In this document: positions 29,813 through 43,800 of the stretch, piece after piece
Layout: every line of letters begins with the position of its first letter
Numbering within the stretch: position 1 is the stretch's first letter
Assembly (NCBI GenBank): GCA_038496445.1
Contig: JALMLS010000525.1
Span: 188,264 to 252,263 of the forward strand
Source of the DNA: Trichosphaerium sp. ATCC 40318
Lineage: Eukaryota > Protista > Tubulinea
Direction of reading: 5' to 3'
DNA: 64,000 nt
Translations under genes and position numbers: made by a program
Notes under the pieces: generated by a model
Seen by the model: the letters and a program-made list of their open reading frames with translations, nothing else
What the model was told of the DNA's origin: nothing
Database searches by the model: none

Positions 29813-30059
29813 GTGTGACTCAGATGTAAAGATCTCAATAAACCGAATTGTATTGTAGTCAAAAAAAGCCTGTATATCTGCATCAAAAACTGTCCAACAA
29901 GGAATTGGCAAAAAATTGAGGCTTTCACTTTTTGTCTCGCCTTGGCGTTGTGTTTCAGTTCACATGTGCTGATGCTGTTTTTGTTCTTAATCCGACTGTA
30001 ATTCCTTCGCATTCACTGGTGGGTACAACTCGGAACAAATTACTGGTGGGAATCTAGTG

Positions 30060-33000
30060 ATGGCTTACTTCTGGTTTGGGTACTTTACAAATAAGGAAAG
30101 ATACTAGCGTAGAAAGTTAGTTTACAGCTGTCAATATTGGTCAAGTTGCAAGGCATCACCAGTCACAGCCCACCCGAAGGTATTGCATAAACTATTTACG
30201 CTCAATTTGATATTTCGTTTTTATCGCGTACAATTATTTCATTTGTTGTAATAACAGTGTTGTTTTGAATGTAATTAGGTTTTGCCGTTGTACCACGTAC
30301 GCTATCTTCAACAAACGCAAAAAATGCAAACACCCGCCACATTGCGTACTATAAGCAGCGACATCCAGGTATAAACAATCGTCTTGCGTATACGAGTAAT
30401 AGGCGTACAAATATCACCAATTTGCGTATTGACAGTTTATTTATACAGGGTCAGGATGACCTTGAAGAGTACTCTACTGAAACAGGCACAACCAACACGG
30501 GCGAAAACTTCCACTCTAAAGATTTCGATGAATCTACACGGCCAACGCGGTTCTACGCGCTTCCAGAACTGCACTTCACTCAGAAACTAAATGTGGTTAA
30601 ATTTCTAAAATCTAAAACAGCCAAGTACAACAACAGGACCGCACTCATCTATGCCAACAAGAAAACAACTTACTCACGCCTTTGGCAGCGAGTTAATGCG
30701 GTTACAGGCAAATTTAGAGAGTCAGGAATACAAAAAGGTGAAACAAGAAAAAAAATACTTGTCTCAACTCAATTTTCTCATGCCACATCTAGGTGATCGT
30801 ATCATCGTCGCAATCAATACTTCTCCAAATTTGAGTACGTTTTGTTGTAGTTTATTGTTGCAGTTGCTGCTAACATTTTTTGACTTGTGTGTTTGCTTTC
30901 TCTTTAATTTTTGTTGTAGTGTACTCGTTTCTGGCAATCCTACAACTTGGAGCAATTTATGTCCGTACGTGGGATGTCTTCACGAGGTAGCATACTGACA
31001 TGGGACGTTTAGCTGTAGCATCTGATATAAAACATGCAAATCTACGTGACATTATCAAGGTACACACAAAAACACACCATGACCTTGTCAGAGCATTTAA
31101 GTCCATAAAAAATGTAGGCCACTGGTGCGACATCTATTATAACAATGGGAGATATCCTGCAAGGTATTAGATTCTTGGGTTTTTTGGCATTTCATATTCG
31201 TTTGCAATAATTGCACATGTAAAATCTATTTCGTCGGTATAATAACTCTTACATTATTTAGAGGAGTGGATAGTGGATTTTAAGAGAGTATTTGTTTATG
31301 GAACAATAGCACAGCGGTTGCTTGTAGAAAATTTGAATGTGATTCCAATGCGCAACATCAGCAAGTTAGTCAATATACCTTTTTGGTTTTACAACCACCA
31401 CGTTGGGCCATACTAACACTAAAACCACAGACCTACACCAGCACTTGCAAGAATAGAAACAACTGTGACATCTTCAGTTGGAGCAATTTTTCCAACGTAC
31501 TATTGAATCGATGGTTTGCGTGACTATTAACACGTGCTTTGAATAGGGCAGGTACTGGTAATGGAAAGATCAAACTGTGCATTGCCGATCACGCAGCACT
31601 TCTAGCACCAAGTATCATTGTGGCACAGTACTACCTGCGCGCATCATCCAAAGTACTGCCTTTTTTTTTTTTACTATACCAGAACTACTGACACCTGGTA
31701 TAGGATGTATTCCTTTGCAGCAACATTGATGCCACATCATGCTTAACTCTGCAGGTTCAGTTATTGTGGCCAATGCTATGTGGTGGTGCGAGCGTCTGTC
31801 TTAAAGACCTATCGCCAACTACAGTGCTTCAAGCAATAAAAGATCACTCCGTTTCAGTACTGCTGGATAGTGCGTTTACCAGCTGTATGCCGTTGTTCTA
31901 AATGTGCTAGCGCCATGGGGATTTTCCGAAATCTTAAAAGCGGCCAGGCCAACTCCAATGTTCATGCAAGCTCTTTGTAGACTCAGATTTGCTCTATGCG
32001 GCTGCGCACCACTGAGGAGCAAATTAGCAACCATGTGGCGTCAGGTGCGTAGAGTTCCATGTTGTTGTGGACACGAATAACTACATACTATAAACGTTGC
32101 TGACAGTATGCGCTACAGGCAACAAAATCTGAGCTTCTAAACTTTTACGTGGTGACAGAACTGTACGACAAGACTTTTAGTATACTAGACTACTTTGTCA
32201 TTGCTAATCACAGGATAGTGCTGGCATACCTATTGCAGTGCGACCTGGTACTAGTGAGCCTGATTTGCTGGGGTCACCTCTTCCTGGTTGGGAAACACGT
32301 GTAGTTGATGAGCACCTATGTGAAGTGCCTCATGGCACGCCTGGATACTTGGCTGTCAGAGGTCCTACTGGCTGTTTTTATTGTTACAACGTCGTTACAG
32401 ATCCAGGTGCGAGCATATTAAATTGCCAGTCTATGTATTTCCCTAAGTTTGACATTTGTGATCTAGATCGCATTTTACAAAAGAAGATGGTAAAACAACG
32501 CTGGAATTTTCCAGGTGATATTTGTAAACTGAGTGCGTACTATTTCCTACTTTTGTTGTTTTACCACCCCCCCAACACAATTGCAAAGGTGTATACTAAC
32601 AACACACCTCAGGTAAAGGCACGCTCCGCAAACTTGAGCGTAAGTGGTATTGCTAACAACTAAGGTAGACGGTGCTAAATTGTATTACGTATCAGCAATT
32701 GAAAATTGCGTTACCATCAATAACACCCCAGTGTATCCAAACTTAGTACGTGCTTCTTGAGACTGAAATGATCTTCTTTGTGCTTATCTTTATCGCACAG
32801 ATTGAGGAGCAGCTATGCTCTCTCGCTGAAGTAGGGGATGCGTGCGTTGTAGGCGTACCAGACACTGGCCAAGAAGCTGGTATGATACAGCTCAAAGCGT
32901 ATGTCGTGCCCGAAGAGGGCTTGCCGGAATCTAGCCTCCCAAAATCCTCCGCAGTCTTCTATAGAAGGTACAGTCGCAATTGTAGTCAACGCGCGGCTCT

Positions 33001-33276
33001 AATTTGTCTTTCAGACGCTTCAAAAGATCAACACAGGAAGATGACTTACGTGCTAAAGTACAGCGTGTCATAGACACTATAGAACCTATAAATGCACGAC
33101 CAAGTGAAGTTGAGTTTGTAAAGTCACTGCCACGCAATAGGCGAGGCATGGTCAATCGATTCTCTATGATTGAAGGTACACAAATTTGTTTGCCTTGTTG
33201 GTCTATTTTACTAAGATGTCTTCTTTCATCAGGGTCATCACGCAAGAACCACCTCATTAGAAAGGCGGCCACTTAG
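30060..33276 (+). CDS. AMP-binding (ANL superfamily) protein resembling 2-aminobenzoate/benzoate-CoA ligases, with degenerate catalytic motifs
   Basis: FYALPELHF.QKLN, PLPGWETRVVD, GYLAVRGPTGC, WNFPGD, DACVVGVPD, LKAYVV and EFVKSLPR; many introns. Start is approximate. Confidence 0.75.
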
Positions 33277-33580
33277 GGTAATACTCTTGCCCATGTAAAA
33301 CAGTAATGTGCTTTAAAAGCTCAAAATATAACGTTATTCGTGCAAACTATGATGCTACATCGCAAATTATTTTTTTTTTTTGATTTGTTTTCAAATTCAT
33401 TCAAATTTCTTTTTACGCAATTCTACAAAAACAATTGTACTGTCGCCTCCTTCGCCCAATTTGTGCTTCACTCATGATTTACCACGTGAAGCGTGAAAAT
33501 ACGTGCAACGAAATTAGAGTCAACGACCGTCAAAAAAGCCGGTTCCTCAATACCTACGAACATAACAACAAGAAGCAAGC

Positions 33581-34469
33581 ATGGAGTGGTTATTTGGCAA
33601 GAAAAAAACAATGAAAGGTACACTAGCCATTAACAGCTGTAACGCGCTTACGTGATTCAGAAATTTTGCGGGAGCACCAACGCACAATAAACAGATCAAT
33701 ACGCGAAATAGAGCGCGAACGAAATAAAATGCAGCGTTCAGAAAAAAAGATAATTGCTGATATTAGACGAGCAGCTAAGCAAGGCCAAATGGTACGCAGA
33801 ATTTCATTACAGCAAATTGATGTTTACCTGGTTTTTTTTTGTAACAGAACGCTGCCAAAATTATGGCTAAGGACTTAGTGCGCACACGAAAACACGTTGA
33901 GAGCATGTACAAAATGAAGACGCAACTTCAAACAGTGAGCCTAAGGTTGCAGGTACAAATCTCTTGGCTGACCGACAACAACGCCTCTTTTTGACACTTG
34001 TAATAGACAATACGCTCCCAAGCTGCAATGGCGGATGCCATGAAGGGTGTAACCAAAGCAATGATGCGTATGAACAGACAGATGAACCTACCCGCCATGC
34101 AACGCATCATGATGGAATTCGAGCGACAATCACAGATAATGGACATGAAAGAAGAGACCATTGGGGACGTCATGGACGATATGATGGAAGACGACGACGA
34201 GGAAGAAGAGATGGACACCATTTTAAATCAAGTACTCGATGAGATTGGCATAGATCTCGGCACAGAGGTAACGTAGCCCAAGGACACTAATTCAATTTTT
34301 ACCTTTTTTGTTGAGTTCTAAAGAGTTAACAATATCCCCCTAGTTGGCAGCAACGCCAGTCGGTGGTGTACCAGAAAAGGCAGGTACAGGACGTGTCGCA
34401 GTAGCAGAGTCTGAGACTGCCGAGGATGCCGAGTTACAGCAGCGCTTGAATAACCTACGCCAATTGTAA
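33581..34469 (+). CDS. VPS2: ESCRT-III subunit CHMP2A/Vps2
   Basis: MEWLFGKKKT, AKIMAKDLVRTR, MKGVTKAMMRMNRQMNLP, VLDEIGIDL and C-terminal MIM ELQQRLNNLR. Confidence 0.95.
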
Positions 34470-34633
34470 AAATTAAAACCTAAAGTCAATGACTTGGTAT
34501 CAACAACCTATTTGTAAATAAACGAAAACAGCAACTATTTTACATTATACACACTAGTCCAAAAATAATACAAAGAGTTCCATTTTATTATTTTATTATT
34601 TTTAAATTAGTTGTGCACACAAAAGATTGGAAA

Positions 34634-36231
34634 TCAAAAGTCGTCTGCCACTGAAAATCTATGGGCCTCCGTTGCTTGCGCCACGCGCATTGCCTGCTTC
34701 ATGAAAAACGATTGTTCAAAGCCCTAGTAAAAATGATTAGAAAATTGTGCGATACAAACAACAAGTAGACAAACGTACGTTGGACCTGTTGATGCCATCC
34801 CAATATTTACCAGGCGGGATGTTAAATCTGTTGGGAGGGAATGGCCTGGAACTCCTCTTGTCCTTTTTACTCTTCTTCTTTTTGTCCTTTTTGCGCTTCT
34901 TTTTGCCAGTGTCCTGTAACAGTGCTTGTTAGTAAATCTGCAACAGCGGTATTAACGCTACACGTACATCGACAAGGTCTGCCATCGGATCACCCCACCG
35001 CAACTCACGCTTTTGCCTTTCGGTCAAGCGATCGTCGTTCTTTGTTACACCAGCATAACCGTCCTTTCCGTCATCTGAAATTTCCGAAGCCTCCTCATCC
35101 GAGAGTGCGCCACCGCCCCAAGCAACCCTTGGTTCTTCTGCTTCTCTTTTTTTACGTTCCTCCTGCTTTCGCATAAAAGCGTCTATGTGATCGACCTTTC
35201 TACCGCTCTTCTTGTCACGAATGACAGTGCCTGCACCTCTACCCATCAACTTTGGGTCCTTGGCGTTTATTCTAGCGTCTTCCCGTTCTCTATGCTCCTT
35301 TACCTCTTGTGCAACGTCACTGGCAGTCCATAGACCTGCACGCGCGCCTGACGTCATTTGTTCTCCTTTGGCTATCTTCTGTTTCTTGCTAGAGCGCCTG
35401 TCATCATCACGCGGCTCTCTTTGTCTTTTTTGCCTATCAGAACCTGCCCTAGAGGACGATTCAATGCCACTGCGGCGGCGAGGCGAAAGGTCGTTGTCTC
35501 TACGCCCTCTACGCGGCGGTGACAGATCTGTGTCCCTAACAGAACGCCCTCTGCGCGGCGGTGATAAGTCTCTGCTACGTTGTGGCGCCCTCTCCATGCG
35601 TTTACGTGGTGGAGATAGATCGTTATCCGTTCGACGTTTACGTGGTGGAGATAGATCGGTGTCTCGTGAGCGATTACGTGGTGGAGATAGATCAGTATCT
35701 CGTGAGCGATTACGTGGTGGAGATAGATCGGTGTCTCGTGCGCGATTACGTGGTGGAGATTGATCACTGTCTGACAAGTTCCTTCGTCTAGGACGCCTTC
35801 GTGGAGATAGATCGCGTTCGGTGTTGCGCACTGGCGACATATCATCGCTACTAGAGTCTGCTTGGCGCCTACGCGGTGGAGACAGGTCAGCCTGTTTAGT
35901 GTTGTTAACTGTCACCCAGCTATTACCACTCTTTTTGCTACTTTGACGCAATAACTCGTCTTGCATTTCGTCGGGTATAACGAGTTGAGGCTGATTTTCT
36001 AGATGTAACGTGTTAGATCAATCAACCATCAAATATTAATTGCCTACCGTCTTCATCACTCTTGTAGCCGTAGCCTGGTTGCGTCACTTCGCCTGCATTC
36101 GCATCTATTAAACCAATACCTCTAGTTTCTTTTACTTTGCGTTTTTTGCTCTTTTTACGCCGTTTGTAGTCTCCTGGAGTACTCTTCGCCGGTTTTCCTT
36201 TGTAACGCGCTAAAAAATCCTCCTTGCTCAT
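34634..36231 (-). CDS. BUD13: RES complex splicing factor BUD13
   Basis: DLSPPR repeats, GARAGL, TVIRDKKSGRK, RWGDPM and PPNRFNIPPGKYWDGINRSN. Confidence 0.92.
35470..35885 (-). repeat. Coding tandem repeat in BUD13 (DLSPPR units; three near-identical 36-bp units at about 35640-35760)
   Basis: Repeated CGTGGTGGAGATAGATC on the + strand. Confidence 0.85.
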
Positions 36232-36373
36232 GTTGTGTATCAGTTATACCGTCAGAATTATAATGCTAGTACGCATTCGCAATGCTTTGGCTCGTATACT
36301 TAGATTGACATTTTTTTTTTTTTCTTTTCAACAAAATTAGTTAGGTGCCTTTCAACTTTCGGACTACGCTAGC

Positions 36374-37532
36374 ATGAGCCGCGTGTTATCCGTTCAATCT
36401 CATGTACGCTCAAAACAGCGTAATTCCCTTAACAGCGGAAAAATAGGTTGTGTCAGGCTATGTGGGTAATAAATGTGCCGTTTTCGCACTACAAACGCTT
36501 GGCTATGATGTAGATCCAATTAACACTGTACAATTCTCTAACCACACTGGTAAAGTAAAAAAGGGCGGCAATGTGGTCACCAACAATCATTGTAGGCTAT
36601 GGTAGTTGGAAAGGAACAAAGTTGCCAGCGGAAGAACTGTACGCTCTATACGAAGGCTTGCAAGCCAATAATCTAGCTTCATACTCGCACGTTTTGACAG
36701 GTACGTCGATACGATTCCAAAGCGCTGCTAAAGTTCTAAAACGATGATCAGGCTACGTCAATAATGCCAAGACACTAGAACAAATATCTAAAATCGTGTC
36801 TGGATTGAAGAAAGACAATCCTGAATTAATTTACGGTGCCTCCGACAATATTACCAACTTCAATGTCACTGACACATACACAAGTCTGTGACCCTGTCAT
36901 GGGCGACGATGGCAAACTGTACGTCGAAAAAGCAATGGTTCAAGGATACAAGGTACCCTTCACCGTCAATACCAGACACAAGACTTAATGACAATTGCCC
37001 TAAAGGACATATTGGCATTTGCGGATGTGTTATTACCGAACCAATTTGAGGCAGAGTACGCCAACCGTTGCTTCTGTTTTGGTTTTTTTTTTTCGCAGGT
37101 TGTAACAAGGTACTTACAAGGTTGCTCACTGGCATCCCTATTGCCAATGAAGAAGATGTTCGCAAGGCGATAGATGCACTTCACAACCGCGGAGTGGGCA
37201 TTGTTATCATCACCAGCGTGTCTTTTCTAGAGCACAAGGATGAGATTGCCATTTATGGGTCATGCAAGGACACCAAAGAGGTCTTCAAAATTGTACTCGA
37301 CAAAATTGATGGGTATTACACCGGTTGTGGCGATCTTTTTGCCGCGACGTTTCTCGCATACAGTCACAAAACTAAGACTGTGAGTGTTGCGTGCCACAAA
37401 ACTGCGTCTTTGCTTCATCACACAATCACCAGAACCAAGACGTTGGCTGTGCCTAACAAAGAACTAGCCATAGTACAATCAAAAAGCGACATTGAATCCC
37501 CTTCAATCGTTGGTGTAGTAACCAAGCTGTGA
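36374..37532 (+). CDS. PDXK: Pyridoxal kinase
   Basis: [45 protein letters not shown] and YTGCGDLF. Confidence 0.93.
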
Positions 37533-37713
37533 CAACTAAAACCAAAAAAACAAAAAAAAAAAAAAGATCATGTATAAAAAAATTGCACCGAACCTTGCTT
37601 TTTTTGTTTGTTGTTAAATGAGCATTTTATCTAAATTTTCAGTTTTATTGGGATATATTAGTTATAGCGTCCTCGGTGTAAAATACATTGCGCAAAAACA
37701 AGATTGTAGCTGT

Positions 37714-38882
37714 CTAGTTGTTGCCAAGGGCACCACCAATACCTTGTTGCATGGCTCTTTGCTTTCTAATGAGACCTGCATCACGTACACTACGGAGGTT
37801 GTCTACAATATCTTTTGTTTTACCAAAGTAGATGGTGTTGAGCGTCATGCGCAATTTAATTTCCATCTCTTCTACCATTTTGCCAATGTTCTTTACGTGG
37901 GCACCACGGGCTGGGACTGGGTGTTGTTTAGTGTCCTAAATGGGTGTTACATTGAATTGCAGGGCAAGAACCAAATAAAATATTTAATAATTCTTTTTTC
38001 TTTTTGAATTGTGACGCAGACTATCGAAACAGCTACCTAACGCTTACATTTGATCGACAGGACAAGCAAATTAAGGTTTTGATTCAAAAAAACCAAAAAA
38101 ATAAAGCACGTACTTGACGAGTGAGACTTCCCGCAAGATTTACTGTACCAGTTTGCTTGGTTTCAGTTTCAATGCCTAACATGACAGTGGAAGTTAATTT
38201 GTATTGCGCTTTTTTGCCAGACACTTCTACTTCTACCACGTGTATACTATCCCACGTTCCTTTCATAGGTTGTCCTTGACGGGATTGGTCCTGTGCTGTC
38301 CAAAGGAGTTAGTTTTGCTCATTAGCACAAATCTGTTAACGCACTCTTTTTAATCAAAATACATGCCGCAAAGTCACTACCGTCCAAGTCCCAGCAATAT
38401 ACGGATGAAACGCCACCCTCAAAGTAACTATAAAACAAAAGTCAACCCTCATCGCTAAAACGAGCATACAGGTCACGGTAAATGTCAAAGCCGTCATTCA
38501 ATTCAACCTCGAGCTCACGTAGACCTTTCGAAGGTACGTTACCATCGCCAATAAAAGGATCATACTTGTTGGACCAAGGAGACCTGTTTTACATGTGAGA
38601 CACGCACCACATATATCCTGGGTACCTGTATGAGTCACCATCACGGTTATAGTCGCACAGTAAGTAATCTCTGTTTGATTCTTGGTCGTGGGCAATTTTA
38701 AGCGGTTGATCGACAGCAGAGAGCAAGTCTTCCACAAGATCTGGTACCATATCAATGAGACCAGCCAAATTGTCCTCGATGTTGCTACAGAAAGTTGGTT
38801 GTGGTGTTCACGTCATTGGCACTAACCCAGGAGGTAGGCGTCTCATCAAATCGAGGGCACAGTCTAGGTCGTCGTTTGCCAT
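37714..38882 (-). CDS. CAPZB: F-actin capping protein beta subunit
   Basis: [57 protein letters not shown] and [10 protein letters not shown]. Confidence 0.96.
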
Positions 38883-38988
38883 TGTGGTAGTTAAACTTTT
38901 TCTAACACAAATAGCTTTTTCCGTTGACTTCGTCCTTTTTTTGTCGCTCTTTTTTTTTTTTTTTTGCTAGTTAAATCGACGCAACGCA

Positions 38989-40654
38989 ATGCTACGTGCT
39001 GTACCCGTTTCACGTTTGAACCGCTCTTCTCAGGTAACTTTTACTTGGTACATTTAGTGTAACCAACTCCTAGCGCACTTCCATGAGGCGTTACTGCGCA
39101 ACACCGTCCCCTGACGGCGTTCGCTTTGAAAAAAGTCCAAGTGGTGTTGTACGTTAGAGTTTATTTCCATGGTGACTTCCATTGCGTTAATTCAGCGCTC
39201 ACCTAACAACGAAATGTCAATAACTGTTTATGTGCTAATTGCATCAGGTGGTGACGCTTGACCGCCCTAAGCAACTAAATGCGCTCAGTCTACCTATGAT
39301 ACGTGCGCTGACACCAAAGTACAAGGTTTGTAATGAGGATTTCCTTTCTCCAATTTAATCCCAACAATTAGGAATGGGAAGCCGATAGAGACGTCTCGTG
39401 CATTGTTTTAAAAGGTTGACACTTTAGTAAAGTTTTGATGGTGTAACCGTTGGATAGGCGCAGGGGGAAAAGCTTTTTGCGCAGGCGGTGACATAGTTGG
39501 TGAGTCGAACAAGTGCAGTTGTGGTTTGAGCTTACTATATTGCAGCCGTTCGCCAGTCCAAGCTTGATGGCACATCACTTGCACAGGACTTCTTTAGCGA
39601 AGAGTACAAGCTCAATTACCTGATTGGTACATTAAAGACACCACACGTTGCCATCATGAAAGGATTTACAAGTGCGTCTCAGCACACTCACTCTTTTAAT
39701 TGTATTCACTTCGTTTGTAACAGTGGGCGGCGGTGTCGGCTTATCAGTGCACGGCAAGTATCGTGTGGCAACAGGTTAGTAACTTAGCATTCTCGTGTCT
39801 CAACTGTTAAACACTGACTCGTTCCTCAGAGAGTACAGTATTCGCTATGCCGGAAACTCAGATTGGATTTTTTTGTGATGTTGGGGGAAGCCACTTCTTA
39901 TCGCGTCTGTCGTGTGGACTTTACTTGGCACTCACTGGCGCACGCCTAACTGGACCTCAAGCAGTGTAGGTTTGCGTTGGTTGGTATTTGGGCTAAGCAA
40001 GTGTAGGGACGTTGGTGTTTGCACACATTTCGTTCCAGAGGACAAGCTACAAGAGCTTGAAGATCAACTCGTACAAGTAAAGTCACAGGATATGGTCAAG
40101 GACGTACTTGATAAATTCCATTCTTCTGAGGCCGTTAAAGAGTCTAAAGTGCCAACAGAGGAAATCACCAAACATTTTGGCGATGTTTCATCTGTTGAAG
40201 AGATTTACAAGAGCCTCGAAAGTACCGACTCTGATTTTGCCAAGGGCGCTCTCAAGTTGCTCCGTCGCATGTCACCAACAAGTTTGAAGGTTAGATAGTT
40301 GTACCCCACTTTTATCTAACGACTTTACCATTAAAGGTCGTTATGGAGCAACTCAAAAGAGGAAAAAATTTATCTTTGAAAGAGACGCTCATAATGGAAC
40401 ACAGGATGGCACAAACCTTTTTAGTGAGTTATTTCTTGAAAATGTCATCACTTCCTCTCTAACAGCTAGCACAACAGGCAGAGAACGATTTCTTTGAAGG
40501 CGTCCGTGCATTGCTTGTAGATAAAGATAGAAAACCACAATGGAAGCCTCCTCAGATAGAGCAAGTGACAGATGCCATTGTTGACAAATATTTCCAACCT
40601 GTATCCGCTGATAAGGAATTGGTGCTCGTAGACCACGCTAGATCTAAGTTGTAA
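38989..40654 (+). CDS. HIBCH: 3-hydroxyisobutyryl-CoA hydrolase
   Basis: [52 protein letters not shown] and [14 protein letters not shown]; ends ARSKL*. Confidence 0.92.
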
Positions 40655-40814
40655 GAGGAATATTTTTATTCCTTTGCTTCGAGATATGTAAAGCCGTTTA
40701 CGGTTTAAGTCGGGTTGCAGTTATAAATAAGTCGCCTAAAGAATCTTCTTTTTAACATTTGTCAACGTCAAATACAACGCCACCTTCAGTGCTATGCGAT
40801 ACTAAAAAGAGACA

Positions 40815-43800
40815 ATGGAAAAGCGTGTACTTGCCGAGTTTTTCGACACGGCAATAAACAACAAAATGGGCGCTGACTCTGCGTTGCGAACCTTGTGTGA
40901 TGCGTCATTTACTGGTCAGTGGTGCTATAGCGTACAATTTGTTTTTTACATGCCTCTTTACACTTCTATCATTCAATAACTATCTCTTGTAGATTACAAA
41001 CGGTACATAATTCGGTGTTGTAATCAGCCTAATGGTACATATAATAATATGTAGCGTGTAACACTAAGTACTATGAATAGGCACTCAGCGGTTGGTAGCT
41101 TTACTTGATTCGGAAGATGTTGACACGCAAAAGTCGGTACGCAATTTTTTTTTATTTCAAACAGTCAATAACGCGACGAGTGACCTATTAATGCGCGCAA
41201 GGTGGCACTAATATTGGCAAACATTTGCATGTTCACAGGTAATCTGAATGTGGTTGATGGTGTTGGACTGACATGTAGTTGTAGACGAATACAAGCGCGA
41301 AAAGCAAGAAACGACAGCCTTTCAAGCACAAGTTGCTAAAAGCGGAGGCTTGACAAAACTGTTTGCGCTCCTACAATCCACAAAAGACAAGCAAGTCAAG
41401 GAAGTGGTCCTGTTGGCTATTGTTGCCATATCTTCAAACAACAACAACAAATTACAATTGGCCAAGATAGGAGGTATATCCACGCTTGTGCAAGGTATGT
41501 TTTAAAAGCTTTGGGATTTGTCTTAAATCCCGAGCAGCCTACCCCCTTTTGTACAAAGTCATCTCACATATATCTATTTTAGTATTGCGCCAGGGAACCA
41601 TATGGAACAAGTACCACGCTGCCATGGCGCTTGCCAATGTTGCTACTGTTTTGAGTACGTACAAACTTTACTAGCTCTCGCACAATGACCAACCACGTGC
41701 ACACACAGGTAATCAGGACGTTATCGGAAAGCAAGGTGTTATAGGTCCACTTGTCAATCATTTGGGCTCCAAAGATGCTAATCTACGCGTGCAAGCCGCA
41801 TTGACGCTATACCAAATCATTTGGAGGCACATAGGTACGTGCTCCCCTTTCGAATAAAACAAGAGACGACAACTGTGCCACGTAGTTTACAGTTGGATGT
41901 TTACCTGTCTCATAGGAAATCAGCGTCGACTTAATCAAGCCAATGGAGTAGCAAAGGTACAAGGCGATATTCAATACTGTGTTTGATGTATTTGCAGCTT
42001 GTGACAAGATACACTTCGATACATTCTGAGCACAGATTTAAAAACGCAATACTTCCTTGCCTGTATGAGATTTATGTCGCTGATAATGGTACGTTCGTTT
42101 ATCCCAGTGTTTTTGTCTGACCTATTATCAGATGTGTCTTCCAAGGCGTTGCTGGAGACGTCAGACGTTCTAGATAACCTCTTATATCAAATTGACAGTA
42201 AGCAAAGACAAGTGCGATTGTACGCTGCGCTACTACTGGCCAGCATAGCATACAACAATAGAGGTATGCTTCACATTCATAACTCTATTCTTCCGTGTTG
42301 TTGGATTGGCCTGTATGAGATGACAGCTTACATTTCATGTGCTATTAGATTGTCTTCGAGAACTGATACACATCAAACAAATTTCTGGTGTTATTGTTGT
42401 GCTGGAGGAAGAGAGTAGAAAGAAGAACGAAGGTGCACTTGAGGCACTTTTGTCATTCTTATGTTTTGGCAACAAAATGCTCCAGGATCGCATCTTTCAA
42501 GCTACCAAGAGACTAGCCTATGATCTGGGTACGCCCTTAATCACTTTTTAAAATAGTTACAGTACTTACATGTGCAACTACAGGTGTAATCGCTATATTG
42601 AGTGCACTGCTGGAACGCAATGACTGTCGCCATATTTTGGCGCACGTGAAACGCAACAAACAATTTTGGAAGGACTACTTTATTGACTTGTCAGCCAGAG
42701 GTCGAGCACTGGTTTTTATTTCGTTGGCAGTAATGTAATTAACGGGCAAGTGTAGATGTGGAACGTCACAAGACGCGGATGGTCATTGAAAAACTGCTTC
42801 GCTACAAGAATGAGAAATCGTCCAAGAGCGAGGCCTGCAAGTATTGGGCTGTTATTATGCTCGAAAATATTGGCATGGAGGACGATTTATTACACAGGTT
42901 GACAAGGTATGCTAACTTTGCGACCAGTTGCGGCTCTCATAGTCAATCGGTTGCGCTTTTGAATGATTGATTAAGATTTTCATATATAGTGTCATGTTTG
43001 GTTCATCGCCGCCTCCCATCCACAAGTTTTGGTTCAATATGCACGCTTACTTGAGGGAGTACCTCCAACACAAGGTCATACAGATGAAAAGCGAGAAAAC
43101 AGCAGGTATGTAGGGCGTATAGAGGTGTATCCGTTTAATAGCTGTCTCTCCAATTCTGACCTATTTTTTCCCGATTGCAGAAATGGTGGCTATCGCTGAC
43201 AAGAACAAATTCAAGCTCTTTAAATTTGGATCACGCGTTGTTGACATATCACAGATAAAGGCACGGCAATATACATCTTTTTCTATGGAGATAACGATGG
43301 GATGTGATTTAGTTGACAAAGACGCACCTCAGCTTTACAACGCAACAAGTGCTGGAGATAAATCGATCTTATCAGGACTTTTTTAACATACATTTCGAGT
43401 CTGCCTCTAACAAGACCATACCCTTTGTTATCAATGTGCCTGAGAATGAATCTTGGGAAATAATGGCAGAACCGAGAAGCGGTACTATATCGGTAAGTCC
43501 ATAACATCAATTGATAACTACTTGGACTAACACGTGTTGGGTCTTGTATTTAGAAGCAGCAATCTGTTAAAATAGTAGTCACACTGCTTGTAAATGTAGC
43601 TGTAGAACGGCTCAAGGATGTAGTGGAAGTCATATGTACGTTTATGTAACCACCACCCTCCCCTTCCCCATATTCCTGTACATCAAGCTTCCTTGCTTAT
43701 GCGTTAGTAAATAGTTACTTGTGGCGGCTCACCAATACGACAATTTCTGTTCATTGACCTGGCAGTGAACATGGGACTTGAACTACCCTTTGAAGAAGTA

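Noticed and set aside
35212-35845. Long alternative-frame and antisense ORFs over BUD13
   Set aside because: By-products of the DLSPPR coding repeat.
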